A stretch of DNA of 25,035 nt from positions 1 through 25,035 of the forward strand of contig JBMSQQ010000051.1 of NCBI GenBank assembly GCA_049423385.1, read 5' to 3'. The translations under genes and the position numbers were made by a program. This document shows positions 8,260 to 18,051 of the stretch, piece by piece (within the stretch, counting starts at the first letter, position 1; each line of letters starts with the position of its first letter). This stretch comes from Silvanigrellaceae bacterium (GTDB lineage Bacteria; Bdellovibrionota_B; Oligoflexia; Silvanigrellales; Silvanigrellaceae). A model generated the notes under the pieces. It ran no database searches and was not told where the DNA came from. It was given only the letters and a program-made list of their open reading frames with translations.

Positions 8260-9924
8260 ATGCTTCGCACTCATACCCTTGTTGTTCGCGACAAAGTTGC
8301 CATTTTGCCTTTGCTGGCCATCCTTCCGGCCTGCGGTTCAAATCTGGAAAACAAGGCACTGCCCAAACCTGCAAACGAATTGAGCCAAGCCGACGTCACC
8401 GACGACAACATACGTTCCGCCAACCAACGCTGGAACGAATTATCTTCCAAATTGAAACTGTTGAATGATGGTTCAGCTTCCTCATTGAAAAGCCCAAGCG
8501 ACTGGTTTTCCGACACTGCGGATGCCCGTTCGGCCTACAACAGCCTGACAGAGACCATCGCTGCGGAGCATTTGAAAACAGCGCGCAGCACAGGTTGCGC
8601 GGAAGTCGTTTCTTTCGAGACTCTTGGAAAAGCGAAGTCCATCGCAATTGGCTCTGCCGTTCGATTCCCCAGCGAAGTCGAAACGGCCAAGTGGTACCTC
8701 ATGAAATACAAACGATTCAAAGCCGATGGAACACCTGATGCAATGGTCAATGGCGCATTGGTTTCTGTTCCCACGGCGACCACCAACACATACCCGGTGA
8801 TTGCCTATGCACATGCTGGTGATGCAGGATTGTCGGCGCTGGAGATTGCAGCCGTGTTTGGAGAACTTCAAGCAAAGCACATTGTCGTGGCACCCGCATT
8901 TCCGGGTGAGTCCATCTGCAAATTTGGAACCAACTCAGCCAACAAATCTGCATGTGATGCATCGGGCCGATACTTCGACGCTGTTGGAGTGTCAGCTCCC
9001 TTCAGCACGGATGCCGAGGATCTTCTCGCCGCACACAATTGCCTTGTGACTCCCAATGCACTGCCCGATTTCAATTCAACCGTTTTGGATCGCATCAAAT
9101 TCCAGAACATTCCCGACGCAGCCACTGCAATGCCAGTGTCATACATGTTTGGCTCTTCCCGTGGAGGCCTGACCACTTCGATCGCTTTGGCAAAGAACAC
9201 AGCGATGCTTCAATACAATGCCAAAACCGGAACAACCCGGTACAGCGAACCCAAGTATTTTTACTGCGCGGGAACAAACATCAATCCCACGTCTTTCACC
9301 TATGGCGAAATTCGCGTTTATCTGGAAGCGGTCGTCAAGGGAACCGCTGAATCTTCTGCGACATACCGACTGCCAACCGCGCCACAGCTGAATGATTTGT
9401 TCAAAGACTATCGCGAAGGTCGCCTGAGTTCCGCCGAAGCCGCGCTGCTCATTCAAACCCGGGACGCCACCTTCAATGCCCCCCTGGCTCTCGCATCGGT
9501 GAGAAAATGGAGCACCGGCGACAAGGGCGCGTTTTTCACGATGCACGGCACTCTCGACAAATCGATTCCCATTTCCCAGGGAATCTTTGGCGGAAGTGTC
9601 TTTGCGAGCATCAATGCGATCCTGACTGCAAACAGACAATCAGATCCTACTGCAGCTCCGGGAGTTCATCTTTCCACGATGGGTACCATTGCTCAACCAC
9701 CCTACTCTGTGGATGGCGGCAAAACCCTTGCCCCAGGCTCCACCATGCATGGCGACTTTGCATGGTTCGACAGTCTCGTTGGAGTGAACACCTCGGTGAC
9801 AGACAGTGCTGGTCAACCCGTTGCACTCGATGCGAGCTACCCTTTCCTTGGCAAGAAACCCCTGGATGCATTCGCGGCGTGGCTTGAAAACAGTTCGGTC
9901 GGATGCGGCGCTTCAATTCCCTGA
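8260..9924 (+). CDS. Alpha/beta-hydrolase fold lipoprotein (lipase/esterase/peptidase-like)
   Basis: Lipobox LPA|C, YPVIAYAH strand, nucleophile elbow GSSRGG, HGTLD..IP (candidate acid) and a late MHG (candidate His). The start could be 8245 or 8260. Confidence 0.75.
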   Translation: MLRTHTLVVRDKVAILPLLAILPACGSNLENKALPKPANELSQADVTDDNIRSANQRWNELSSKLKLLNDGSASSLKSPSDWFSDTADARSAYNSLTETIAAEHLKTARSTGCAEVVSFETLGKAKSIAIGSAVRFPSEVETAKWYLMKYKRFKADGTPDAMVNGALVSVPTATTNTYPVIAYAHAGDAGLSALEIAAVFGELQAKHIVVAPAFPGESICKFGTNSANKSACDASGRYFDAVGVSAPFSTDAEDLLAAHNCLVTPNALPDFNSTVLDRIKFQNIPDAATAMPVSYMFGSSRGGLTTSIALAKNTAMLQYNAKTGTTRYSEPKYFYCAGTNINPTSFTYGEIRVYLEAVVKGTAESSATYRLPTAPQLNDLFKDYREGRLSSAEAALLIQTRDATFNAPLALASVRKWSTGDKGAFFTMHGTLDKSIPISQGIFGGSVFASINAILTANRQSDPTAAPGVHLSTMGTIAQPPYSVDGGKTLAPGSTMHGDFAWFDSLVGVNTSVTDSAGQPVALDASYPFLGKKPLDAFAAWLENSSVGCGASIP

Positions 9925-9986
9925 AGTGCTCACATCCGACCGGACGTTGTTTCATCGGCAATTCTGCCGGCAGTGCGATTTCCGAA

Positions 9987-10973
9987 TCAGTTCCAGTCGA
10001 GCGAGACCGATGCCTGATACTCGGTGACGCGACTCTCAAAGAAGTTCTTTTCCTTGGGCAGGTCCATAATCTCGTTCATCCAGGGGAATGGTGTGTCTTC
10101 CACGCCAAAAAGCGGATCCAAGCCCACAGATTCAAGCCGGCGGTCGGCAATGTAGCGAATGTAGACCGAGAACTGTTCCTTGCTCATGCCAACAACGTCC
10201 CGTGGCAAACAGTCGGAAACGAAAGCATCCTCAAGCTCAACGACGCGGCTGATGTTTGCACGCACCGCCGCCTTGACGTCATCCGTCCATGCTTCGGGAT
10301 TTTCAACGATGTACTGGTTGATAAGCTTCGTGCCAAAACGGCAATGCAGTGATTCATCGCGAACGATGTACTCGAGCTGCTCGGCCGTGCCAACCATCAG
10401 GTTGCGGCGCTTGAAATTCAGCAACAAAACAAACGCGCTGTAAAACTGCATGCCTTCCATACCCAGATAGTAGGCGCACAGATTTTCCAGGAACGTCTTT
10501 TTGCCGGCCAGAGATTCAGTCGAGAACGCAGGGCTCATCACGCCATTCAAGAAAGATGACTGAAAGTCATGCTTGTCCTTGATGGTCCCAAACCGCTTGA
10601 ATTCAGAAAAGACCTCTTTCTGGTCCATCGACAACGATTCAACGATGTGCGCATACGACCAAGAGTGGATGCTTTCCTGAAATGCTTGTCCGCAAAGATA
10701 CTGACGCACTTCCGGATTGGTCAGGTGGCGATAGATCGCCATGACGATGTTGTCACCCACGAGGACGTCTGTGTTTGCGAAGAAGCTGAGGATCTTCTTG
10801 ATGAGGTGTTTCTCATCGGCATTCAACACACCATTGCTCTTCCATTGCTGAATGTCCGAGGCCATCGAAATTTCCTGCGGAAGCCAGTGGTTCTTGCAAA
10901 GGTTTTTGAATTCGTCCCAGGCCCAAGGGTATTCAAAGGGCATCAGCTGGGTTTGGGTTGCATTCAATAACAT
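9987..10973 (-). CDS. nrdB: Ribonucleoside-diphosphate reductase beta subunit, class Ia
   Basis: FFANTD, ESIHSWSY (ExxH plus the radical Tyr), EGMQFY, DESLH and C-terminal NFFESRVTEY. Confidence 0.97.
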   Translation of the reverse strand: MLLNATQTQLMPFEYPWAWDEFKNLCKNHWLPQEISMASDIQQWKSNGVLNADEKHLIKKILSFFANTDVLVGDNIVMAIYRHLTNPEVRQYLCGQAFQESIHSWSYAHIVESLSMDQKEVFSEFKRFGTIKDKHDFQSSFLNGVMSPAFSTESLAGKKTFLENLCAYYLGMEGMQFYSAFVLLLNFKRRNLMVGTAEQLEYIVRDESLHCRFGTKLINQYIVENPEAWTDDVKAAVRANISRVVELEDAFVSDCLPRDVVGMSKEQFSVYIRYIADRRLESVGLDPLFGVEDTPFPWMNEIMDLPKEKNFFESRVTEYQASVSLDWN

Positions 10974-11006
10974 GGTGTTTGCTCCTGTGGTTTTGTGACC
11001 CGATTG

Positions 11007-13421
11007 TTATTGGCAGCTTTCGCAATCGGGGTTTTCAATTGAGCATGCTTTCGGACCCGCCGACGACGTCGACGTTGTTGCACCGGTTGTTCCTGCGCTG
11101 GTGGCTGTTCCGGCATTGATGCTGGACTTCTCAACTCCCGTCGCAGCCTTGGTGCGCAGATAGTAGGTCGTCTTCAAGCCAGCATGCCAAGCATAACGGT
11201 ACATCTCGTCGAGACGACGACCCGATGGCGCGCCCAGGTATAGATTCAAGCTTTGAGCCTGGTCGATGTAGACCTGACGAACTGCAGCGCAGCGGATGAG
11301 TTGCTCGGGCTCAACGTCGAACGCTGTTTGATACAATTCCTTGAGGTCTTGCGGAATATCAAAATTCTGCACCGAACCATCTGCACGCTTCAGCTCGCGA
11401 GCCATTTGCGCATTCCACAATTGGCGTTCCTTGAGGTCGTCAATCAAGTACTCATTGATGACCGTGTAGTCGCCACCGAGGTTGGTCTTGACGAAAAGGT
11501 TCTTGTAGCTCGGTTCGATCGACTGAGTGCAACCGGCGATGTTGGAAATCGTCGCCGTCGGCGCGATGGCCATGCAAAGGCTGTTGCGCATGCCGCCCTT
11601 CACCTTTTCACGCAGCGTATCCCAAGCGAACTTGCCGGGGAAACCTTCTTGAGCCAACAGGTCAGCCGCAAAGATGGTCTCGTTCTTTGTGTTGCTGAAG
11701 AATGCTGGCACTTCGGGAGTCCGAACATGGCTTCCAAGATCTTTGAGTGTATCCAAGGGCACACGACCTTGTGACCAGCTGGAACCTTCATAGGTCTGAT
11801 AACTTCCACGCTCACGCGCCAGCTCAGCCGAAGCCTCGACCGAGTGATAGCCAATGGCTTCCATGATTTGCGCCGACAACATGACAGCACCTGGTGAACT
11901 GTACGGGATGCGCTTCATGTAGAGAACATCCTGAAAGCCCATCAAGCCGAGTCCAACAGGGCGATGGCGCTCATTGGCGCGCTTGGCCGATTCAATCGGA
12001 TAGAAGTTCTCGGTGATCACATTGTCGAGCATCCGCATCGCCGCGCGAACTGTCGTACGCAGGGCTTCATATGGATTCGGCTGCTGGAAGATCGCCTTTA
12101 GGTTGACCGAACCGATATTGCAGACCGCGGTTTCATCGCCACTCGTGTTGAGGGTGATCTCGGTGCACAGGTTGCTCGAATGAACCACGCCAACATGTTT
12201 CTGGGAACTTCTCAGGTTGCAGGGGTCTTTGAAGGTGATCCAGGGGTGGCCGGTTTCAAACAGCATCGTCAGCATTTTGCGCCACAAGGTGACGGCCGAC
12301 ACGGTTTTGAAGTTCTTGATTTCGCCGTTCTTGGCCTTTGTTTCATAAGTCTCATAGCGAGCCTTGAATTCGGTGCCAAAAGTCTCATGAAGGTCCGGGG
12401 TTTCGCTCGGACAGAAAAGCGTCCATTCGGCATTCGCTTCCACGCGCTGGAGGAACAAATCAGGTACCCAGTTCGCTGTGTTCATATCGTGGGTGCGACG
12501 GCGCTCATCGCCCGTGTTCTTGCGAAGCTCGAGGAAGTCTTCAATATCGAGGTGCCATGTCTCGATATACGCGCACACTGCGCCCTTGCGCTTGCCGCCC
12601 TGATTGACTGCAATCGTCGACGAGTCCTGAACCTTGATAAACGGAATGACGCCCTGGGAACGTCCGTTGGTTCCCTTGATCCATGAACCGCTCGCGCGGA
12701 TGGGAGTCCAGTCGTTGCCAAGACCACCGGCAAACTTCGAGAGGAGCGCGTTGTCTGAATACTGTCTATAGATATCAACGAGGTCATCCTGGACCGTGGT
12801 CAGGAAGCAACTCGACATTTGCGAACGCGCGGTGCCGGCATTGAACAATGTCGGAGTACTGGGGACGTAAAGCATCTGGGAGATCACGTTATAAAACTCT
12901 GCAGCACGTGTCGTCGCCTGCACAGAATCAGCCTCTGCCAGAGCCATGCCCATCGCGACACGCATCCAGAAGTGCTGAATGTCTTCGTATCGACTTCCTT
13001 CCTTGTGAAGCAGGTAGCGATCGTAAAGAGTATGGGCGCCGAGGTAGTCCAGCAGATAGGTTCTCTCTGCCTTGATTTCCTTCTGCAGGGAATCAAGATT
13101 CAGTTCAGCCACGCGAGCAGACATATGTCCCTGCTCAATAGCGAAGCCCACGTACTGCCGGAGGGTTGGACGGAGTTTTTCGTTTTCAGGCAGGCCAACA
13201 GGTTTGCCGTCGTGATTCACAGACAAGGTCGCCAGTGTTTCAAGACGCAACTTCTCGGCCAAAACCGCTGCCGCAAGGAATGAATACTCTTTACCCATCT
13301 CAATCTTTGGGCGCAGATCAAGAATGATGTTGTCGAGTGACCCGGCGAGGTTGATGTTCGTCAGATCAAGCCCTTGATTTTGAACTCGAGGATGAAAGAG
13401 CCGGAATGCAGCGTTCGCCAT
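11007..13421 (-). CDS. nrdA: Ribonucleoside-diphosphate reductase alpha subunit
   Basis: PSTPTLFN, SSCFL, SNLCTEI, VCN, APTATIS, KTTYYLR and C-terminal CESCQ. AAGGAG SD before ATG 13421. Confidence 0.98.
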   Translation of the reverse strand: MANAAFRLFHPRVQNQGLDLTNINLAGSLDNIILDLRPKIEMGKEYSFLAAAVLAEKLRLETLATLSVNHDGKPVGLPENEKLRPTLRQYVGFAIEQGHMSARVAELNLDSLQKEIKAERTYLLDYLGAHTLYDRYLLHKEGSRYEDIQHFWMRVAMGMALAEADSVQATTRAAEFYNVISQMLYVPSTPTLFNAGTARSQMSSCFLTTVQDDLVDIYRQYSDNALLSKFAGGLGNDWTPIRASGSWIKGTNGRSQGVIPFIKVQDSSTIAVNQGGKRKGAVCAYIETWHLDIEDFLELRKNTGDERRRTHDMNTANWVPDLFLQRVEANAEWTLFCPSETPDLHETFGTEFKARYETYETKAKNGEIKNFKTVSAVTLWRKMLTMLFETGHPWITFKDPCNLRSSQKHVGVVHSSNLCTEITLNTSGDETAVCNIGSVNLKAIFQQPNPYEALRTTVRAAMRMLDNVITENFYPIESAKRANERHRPVGLGLMGFQDVLYMKRIPYSSPGAVMLSAQIMEAIGYHSVEASAELARERGSYQTYEGSSWSQGRVPLDTLKDLGSHVRTPEVPAFFSNTKNETIFAADLLAQEGFPGKFAWDTLREKVKGGMRNSLCMAIAPTATISNIAGCTQSIEPSYKNLFVKTNLGGDYTVINEYLIDDLKERQLWNAQMARELKRADGSVQNFDIPQDLKELYQTAFDVEPEQLIRCAAVRQVYIDQAQSLNLYLGAPSGRRLDEMYRYAWHAGLKTTYYLRTKAATGVEKSSINAGTATSAGTTGATTSTSSAGPKACSIENPDCESCQ

Positions 13422-13501
13422 ATGATGCTCCTTGCAGGCGTGTGGGTCTTCCCATAAGACGACAAAACGATTCCCACAGGGGGCTGCACGAGAGGGCTCG
13501 T

Positions 13502-13575
13502 GCCTTACATCTGTTCGGGGTCATCAATTTGTCTTCTCACATATAGTGGTACCGTAGCCTAAAAAACACTGTCAA
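13502..13575 (-). promoter_or_regulatory. Candidate nrdAB promoter with degenerate NrdR box(es)
   Basis: Perfect TTGACA on the minus strand at 13570-13575 with only a weak -10. AcATATAGTG (13539-13548) matches the right half of the NrdR box. A weaker AcATcT core lies 32 bp away at 13507. Confidence 0.4.
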
Positions 13576-13831
13576 TAGCGTGGGCACGATTTCCTTAGCC
13601 GAAATTTTTAATTGGCTGAATGGACAAGAGATTTTTCAAGAACTGTATGGATTTAAAAAATCCATCAAAGTTGCACGCAAGATTAGCGAAAAACTCTATG
13701 CATAATCGTAAAGCACGGGTTGCAACATAGACAAACAAAGATGAACTCCTGTAACAGTGCACTCTTCAGGGCGGTGCATCAGAAAACAGCAGTTCGCATT
13801 CGATCACCGGCCAAACCAGAAAGGATGTACA

Positions 13832-14098
13832 TTGACCCACCACCATTGGGATTTCTTTGGTCCCGACGCCCAAAAAACAGCGGAACACTTCAAGAAACAC
13901 GTTGACGAATTCGCAAATTCACTTTCCCTGAAGATTGATGAAGACGGATTTTTCTCGGCATCGCAAGTTCATGTTTGCTTCTGGGTGGCAATCGAGGATG
14001 AAATGATGGCGGACATGACACAAAAAAAACTCCGCCCGAAGCGGAGTTTAAGCAGACAAGATCACATCAACCTTTTAGCTGGACTGGACTCCAACTGA
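13832..14098 (+). CDS. Small conserved hypothetical protein (88 aa)
   Basis: TTG start with an AAGGA SD. WDFFGPDAQKTAEHF..H..EF...LRPKR resembles a small hypothetical family I recall from Bacteroidota (WDFxGP.A.KTAEH...LKPHRG). Function unknown. Confidence 0.7.
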   Translation: MTHHHWDFFGPDAQKTAEHFKKHVDEFANSLSLKIDEDGFFSASQVHVCFWVAIEDEMMADMTQKKLRPKRSLSRQDHINLLAGLDSN

Positions 14099-14100
14099 GC

Positions 14101-15432
14101 TCACAGCGGCGCAACACCCTGCATTTGGCTCACGAGTGCCTTCTCGTCCGCATGCTCAAACACGGCACGCACAAGCCCCAGCGGGACATATTTGAACGCA
14201 TCAATCAACAGTGCCTTGCTTGAACTTTCCAATGGTTGCCCATTGTCGAAGGCGTCGTCCAACGCGGCAACAAGGTCATTGTCGCTGCCTTGCACCCTGC
14301 AATCCGATCCAGGTGCCCTGCAAAGATCCTTGATCGCATCGAGTCCCATTCCGACGAGCACGAGAGCCGACGTGACGGGTGCCTTGCCCTGACGAAGGTT
14401 GCGCACTGCCATGCGCATCATCTCGACCTGGGCTTTTGCCTTGACCAGCGATTGGGTCCGGGTTGAATCATTCAGAAACGGTTCAAGAACCTGGTTCATG
14501 TAGGATGCGATGCCAAATCCGTTTGCCTTGAACGACAATCCACGCGCAATTGTCACACCCACGTCGCTGGTCTTGAAGATGCCGCTGTAGGTTGCGGTGT
14601 CGAAAACATTCCATCCTCCGCGCACCGGTTGCCATTCACCAGCCATGGGACCCACGGGTACACTCACAGCCACATCGTGAAATCGGTTGAGCATCCTGCT
14701 TTCCTTGAACTCAAACTTGCCTATCACAGGATTGGTGGAAATGGCGCTGCCTGTGAGGGCAAAATCCACAAGGCGAACCTTGAGGCCTGTCTCGTTGCTT
14801 TCCATCGCCGGCGGCAACATCGCGTCGTCGGTCAGAACTTGATAAAGACAACGCACGCGCTTGAATGGCGAAAACATCTTTTTGGCAACGCCATTTCTGC
14901 GCATGATCGGCAGGCCGGCCTCAATCACGGGTAGCCCCACCTTGAGTCCTTCCGTGCAAGTCCGATGCAAAAGTGCATTGTAACCTGGTGCTGCAAGCGA
15001 CAGCCCGAGAGCACCAAGTCCAAGACTCGATTGCAAAACCGAACCTGGCACCTGGACGACCAGCGACAGACATTCACCTGCCTTGAGTCCCTCGCAGAAA
15101 CGTTGTTGGGCAGGTGCTCTGAAGAGACTCGCATCCGATTTGATGGACGCAGGATCGGCACCACTCACGGTTTGCTCGCGTACTGGGGAAAGATTTGAAA
15201 TCGCCGGCTCAACTTCCACACGCGACGGATCATTTCCAGTCGACGGTGAGGTTGAGACATCGTTGTCACCAACCGTGGCAATGGGTTCGCGTGAAATGCG
15301 CACATTTGTGCCACATGCCGTTGGCGTCGACACCATGCTCACACCTGCCAACAGCGCAATGAGCATGAAGGGCCAGTGGGAATCTGATTTCTGCCGCGGG
15401 TTTTGCCGCGGATTGTGTTCAGTGTTTTGCAT
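14101..15432 (-). CDS. Hypothetical exported protein, probable lipoprotein
   Basis: Long ORF. ATG 15432 follows a GAAGGGGG SD, then a hydrophobic stretch and PTA|C. No recognisable domain. Confidence 0.7.
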   Translation of the reverse strand: MQNTEHNPRQNPRQKSDSHWPFMLIALLAGVSMVSTPTACGTNVRISREPIATVGDNDVSTSPSTGNDPSRVEVEPAISNLSPVREQTVSGADPASIKSDASLFRAPAQQRFCEGLKAGECLSLVVQVPGSVLQSSLGLGALGLSLAAPGYNALLHRTCTEGLKVGLPVIEAGLPIMRRNGVAKKMFSPFKRVRCLYQVLTDDAMLPPAMESNETGLKVRLVDFALTGSAISTNPVIGKFEFKESRMLNRFHDVAVSVPVGPMAGEWQPVRGGWNVFDTATYSGIFKTSDVGVTIARGLSFKANGFGIASYMNQVLEPFLNDSTRTQSLVKAKAQVEMMRMAVRNLRQGKAPVTSALVLVGMGLDAIKDLCRAPGSDCRVQGSDNDLVAALDDAFDNGQPLESSSKALLIDAFKYVPLGLVRAVFEHADEKALVSQMQGVAPL

Positions 15433-15568
15433 GGTCCCCCCTTCAATGCCTTTACGTCCGTTCGCGCAATGGGAACGGATGCCTTCGTGGCTTGTCAGCA
15501 ACAACGATGCCAGAGAAAAAGCCAACAAATGCATGTAAAAACACACATCAAGAAAGCTCGCCGGAAGC

Positions 15569-15602
15569 CAGTCGATGTCGAAGCATTCGACACTGTTTTT
15601 TT
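15569..15602 (+). terminator. Intrinsic-terminator-like hairpin with a T7 tail
   Basis: tgtcgaa-gca-ttcgaca (15576-15592), extendable by cag/ctg, followed by ttttttt. Confidence 0.4.
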
Positions 15603-15739
15603 ATTCAACATAGCACTATTAAATCTGATGTTTATTCTTTTTCTTGTCGACTTCAATTCGACTCGCTGATAGCCATGCAACGGGGGACCAATTGGTCTCG
15701 ACCATCTCCGTGAATGCTCAACAAAAAGAGGATTCCGAA

Positions 15740-18025
15740 ATGCATCACCCGAAAATGTCGATTTTCATGTTGGCTTTTCTTGCAACTACTGCAGCAATCT
15801 CCGGATGTCGTTCCTCGACGAGCAAAACACGCAGCACATCGGCGGGTGAGCTTCCAGAACAAACGAAACTCAACGTCACCAAGGCGCGGGTGATTGAATC
15901 CAACAACGAAATTGTCTCTCTCGAATTGGGTTCGCCCGACGAAACATTCAGTGGCCTGGGCACCTGGTTTTTCGTCGATGCAAAGAACTTTGCACCGCAG
16001 TACCTTGGATTGTTGCCGCACAAAGCTCGTCTGCCCATTCCGAAAACTGCAAGGTTGATGAGTGGTCAACGGGTGGATTGCTCACGCGTCGAAGGAAAAT
16101 CCGTTCTTTCCGCACTTTTTTCTGCAAATGAAATAAAGGCCGACTGCAGTGGCCGAGCGATTCGGATTCAATTGTCAAATGAAAGTCCGAACGCTGATGC
16201 AATTGCCAACCAGAATCTCGACACAGCACTTCGATCAGGGGCCAGCCTGATCCTTGCGGACACTGAAAATTCAAACAATCTGATTGAAATCACCATACGG
16301 GGAAACACTGTTTCAATTGCTGAAAACAAGCCTGGTCTCGACCGACCTGCACGCGTGACTTTCTCCAACTCAGAAATTCAAGCATTTTTTTCAGGGCAAG
16401 GATCTCTCGCGTTTCCGTGCACGAACACTGCATGCGCGAAAGCAGCAAGCCCTCTGACTCTCATGAGAAAAGGCAATGGAGATCTCGTCGCGATCCGCCG
16501 GGACAGCGCAAATTCTGGTGCGATTGTTGATAATTCCGTGCAGTCGTTCCGCCGTCCAGGTTCCGAAGGATTGCGCATTTCATCCTACAACGTTGAAAAT
16601 TTCTGGGATGATGTTCCAGACAACAGCAAAGCATACGACGATTTCTCATCTGAACTCTCAAATTGGTATTCCGAAGGATTTGCCGAGCGGAAGGCGCGCC
16701 GCATTCGCGATGCCTTGCTTGCAGCAGGATTGCCCGATGCAGTTGGTTTACAAGAAATCGAGAGTGCGGCGAACTCCGGGCGCTCGCTCGAACTTCTCAA
16801 GCCTTTGCTTGCACCGCTGGGCTACAACTACTTTGCGCTGGGTCAACAGGCGGAAGACAACCCCACTGCCGTGACAACAGCATTCATCAGCAAATATCCT
16901 TTGCTTGAAAACTCTCGTCTCGACTTCAGGTTTGATTCTTCCAAATTGAGGGATGCAGATCGGGACGACTTCATTTCAGCATCCAGGGACCCTCAAAGGG
17001 TGACTCTCGCACTTCCGGAAGGACAGCGGTTGGTGCTGCTCAACAGCCACTGGAAAAGCAAACGAGACAAATCTCCGGTGGGCGACGACATGCGCCGACA
17101 AATTGGACAATTGATGCGCTCTCATCTGGACGAACTCAGAGGCACGAGACATTCAAACTGGTCTGGAATCATTATGGGCGACTTCAATGCAGATTACAGG
17201 GAAGAGTCTGTCCAGGAAGGTCTGCGATTGGCGACAAATCTGGCAACGGCGCGCAATTCACAAAACAGCCTTTTTGACATGTGGCAGACCCGATCTGCTG
17301 AGCTCCAAGGTGATTATCCTCACGATTCCGAACTGACGGCCATCGACAATATCGTGGTCGATCAGAGCGTTCTCGCATTCAATTCACTTGTTCTTGCCCA
17401 TCCGCTGAGGGTCGTCGGAGAGTTTGGGGAGGCTGGAAAACTTTTGCTCAATGGCGACAAGCAACCCTTTCGATCACAAATACACCAAATCAAGGACGAG
17501 ACAGGATCCGAGAAAACTTTCCACAAAGACCTTGGGTATTCGGATCACCTGCCTCTCGTCGTCGAATTCCAGCGTTCGTTGAGCTTGCAGAAACAAATTT
17601 CGGCTGCGATTTTTTCGAATAACATTGAACAACAGACGGCCGCTTCATTGCCAAAAGTTGCAATTCCAGAATCAACATGTCGTGATTCGGAAACCACGGG
17701 TGTCGCAGCTCCTGAAATTCTCAATGCAATAGCATCTGCGCAACGGGGAGACTGTCTGGACCTGAACGGACAATTCCTTTTGCGCAAGACCGGACTCTTC
17801 AACGTCGCGTTCGATCTGCCGGACAATGGGACCCTGAAAGCGAACGAACGGATTGTCATCATCACCGCAGATCGTCCGTTTGGCGCGAATCGCGCTTGGC
17901 TGCGCAGCTCCCTCCAACAAAGTGCAGGCAAGAGCGTGACCCGTCTGCGCGGTCGACTCGGCATTGTTGATGGTGTGAAGGCGATCTTCATCAGTCAACC
18001 GCAGGCCGATATCATTATTGAATAA
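15740..18025 (+). CDS. Endonuclease/exonuclease/phosphatase (EEP) family extracellular nuclease lipoprotein
   Basis: SYNVENF, GLQEIE, HWKSK, GDFNA, IDNI and YSDHLP motifs. Lipobox ISG|C. ATG 15740 has a GAGGA SD. Confidence 0.9.
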   Translation: MHHPKMSIFMLAFLATTAAISGCRSSTSKTRSTSAGELPEQTKLNVTKARVIESNNEIVSLELGSPDETFSGLGTWFFVDAKNFAPQYLGLLPHKARLPIPKTARLMSGQRVDCSRVEGKSVLSALFSANEIKADCSGRAIRIQLSNESPNADAIANQNLDTALRSGASLILADTENSNNLIEITIRGNTVSIAENKPGLDRPARVTFSNSEIQAFFSGQGSLAFPCTNTACAKAASPLTLMRKGNGDLVAIRRDSANSGAIVDNSVQSFRRPGSEGLRISSYNVENFWDDVPDNSKAYDDFSSELSNWYSEGFAERKARRIRDALLAAGLPDAVGLQEIESAANSGRSLELLKPLLAPLGYNYFALGQQAEDNPTAVTTAFISKYPLLENSRLDFRFDSSKLRDADRDDFISASRDPQRVTLALPEGQRLVLLNSHWKSKRDKSPVGDDMRRQIGQLMRSHLDELRGTRHSNWSGIIMGDFNADYREESVQEGLRLATNLATARNSQNSLFDMWQTRSAELQGDYPHDSELTAIDNIVVDQSVLAFNSLVLAHPLRVVGEFGEAGKLLLNGDKQPFRSQIHQIKDETGSEKTFHKDLGYSDHLPLVVEFQRSLSLQKQISAAIFSNNIEQQTAASLPKVAIPESTCRDSETTGVAAPEILNAIASAQRGDCLDLNGQFLLRKTGLFNVAFDLPDNGTLKANERIVIITADRPFGANRAWLRSSLQQSAGKSVTRLRGRLGIVDGVKAIFISQPQADIIIE

Positions 18026-18051
18026 AAAACCCAATAATATTCGAATCTGAC

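Noticed and set aside
9987..10973. Class Ic (Mn/Fe, Tyr-less) R2
   Set aside because: The Asp first ligand and the radical Tyr (ESIHSWSY) are both present.
11007..13421. Intein or intron in nrdA, or phage origin
   Set aside because: Continuous ORF of normal length, with no splicing motifs and no phage genes nearby.
13762..13800. ctcttcagggcgg resembling the start of an FMN riboswitch
   Set aside because: The downstream conserved FMN elements are absent and there is no flavin-related gene.
15389..15415. 12-bp tandem repeat encoding NPRQNPRQ
   Set aside because: Two copies only, in-frame in a signal peptide n-region, with no evident significance.
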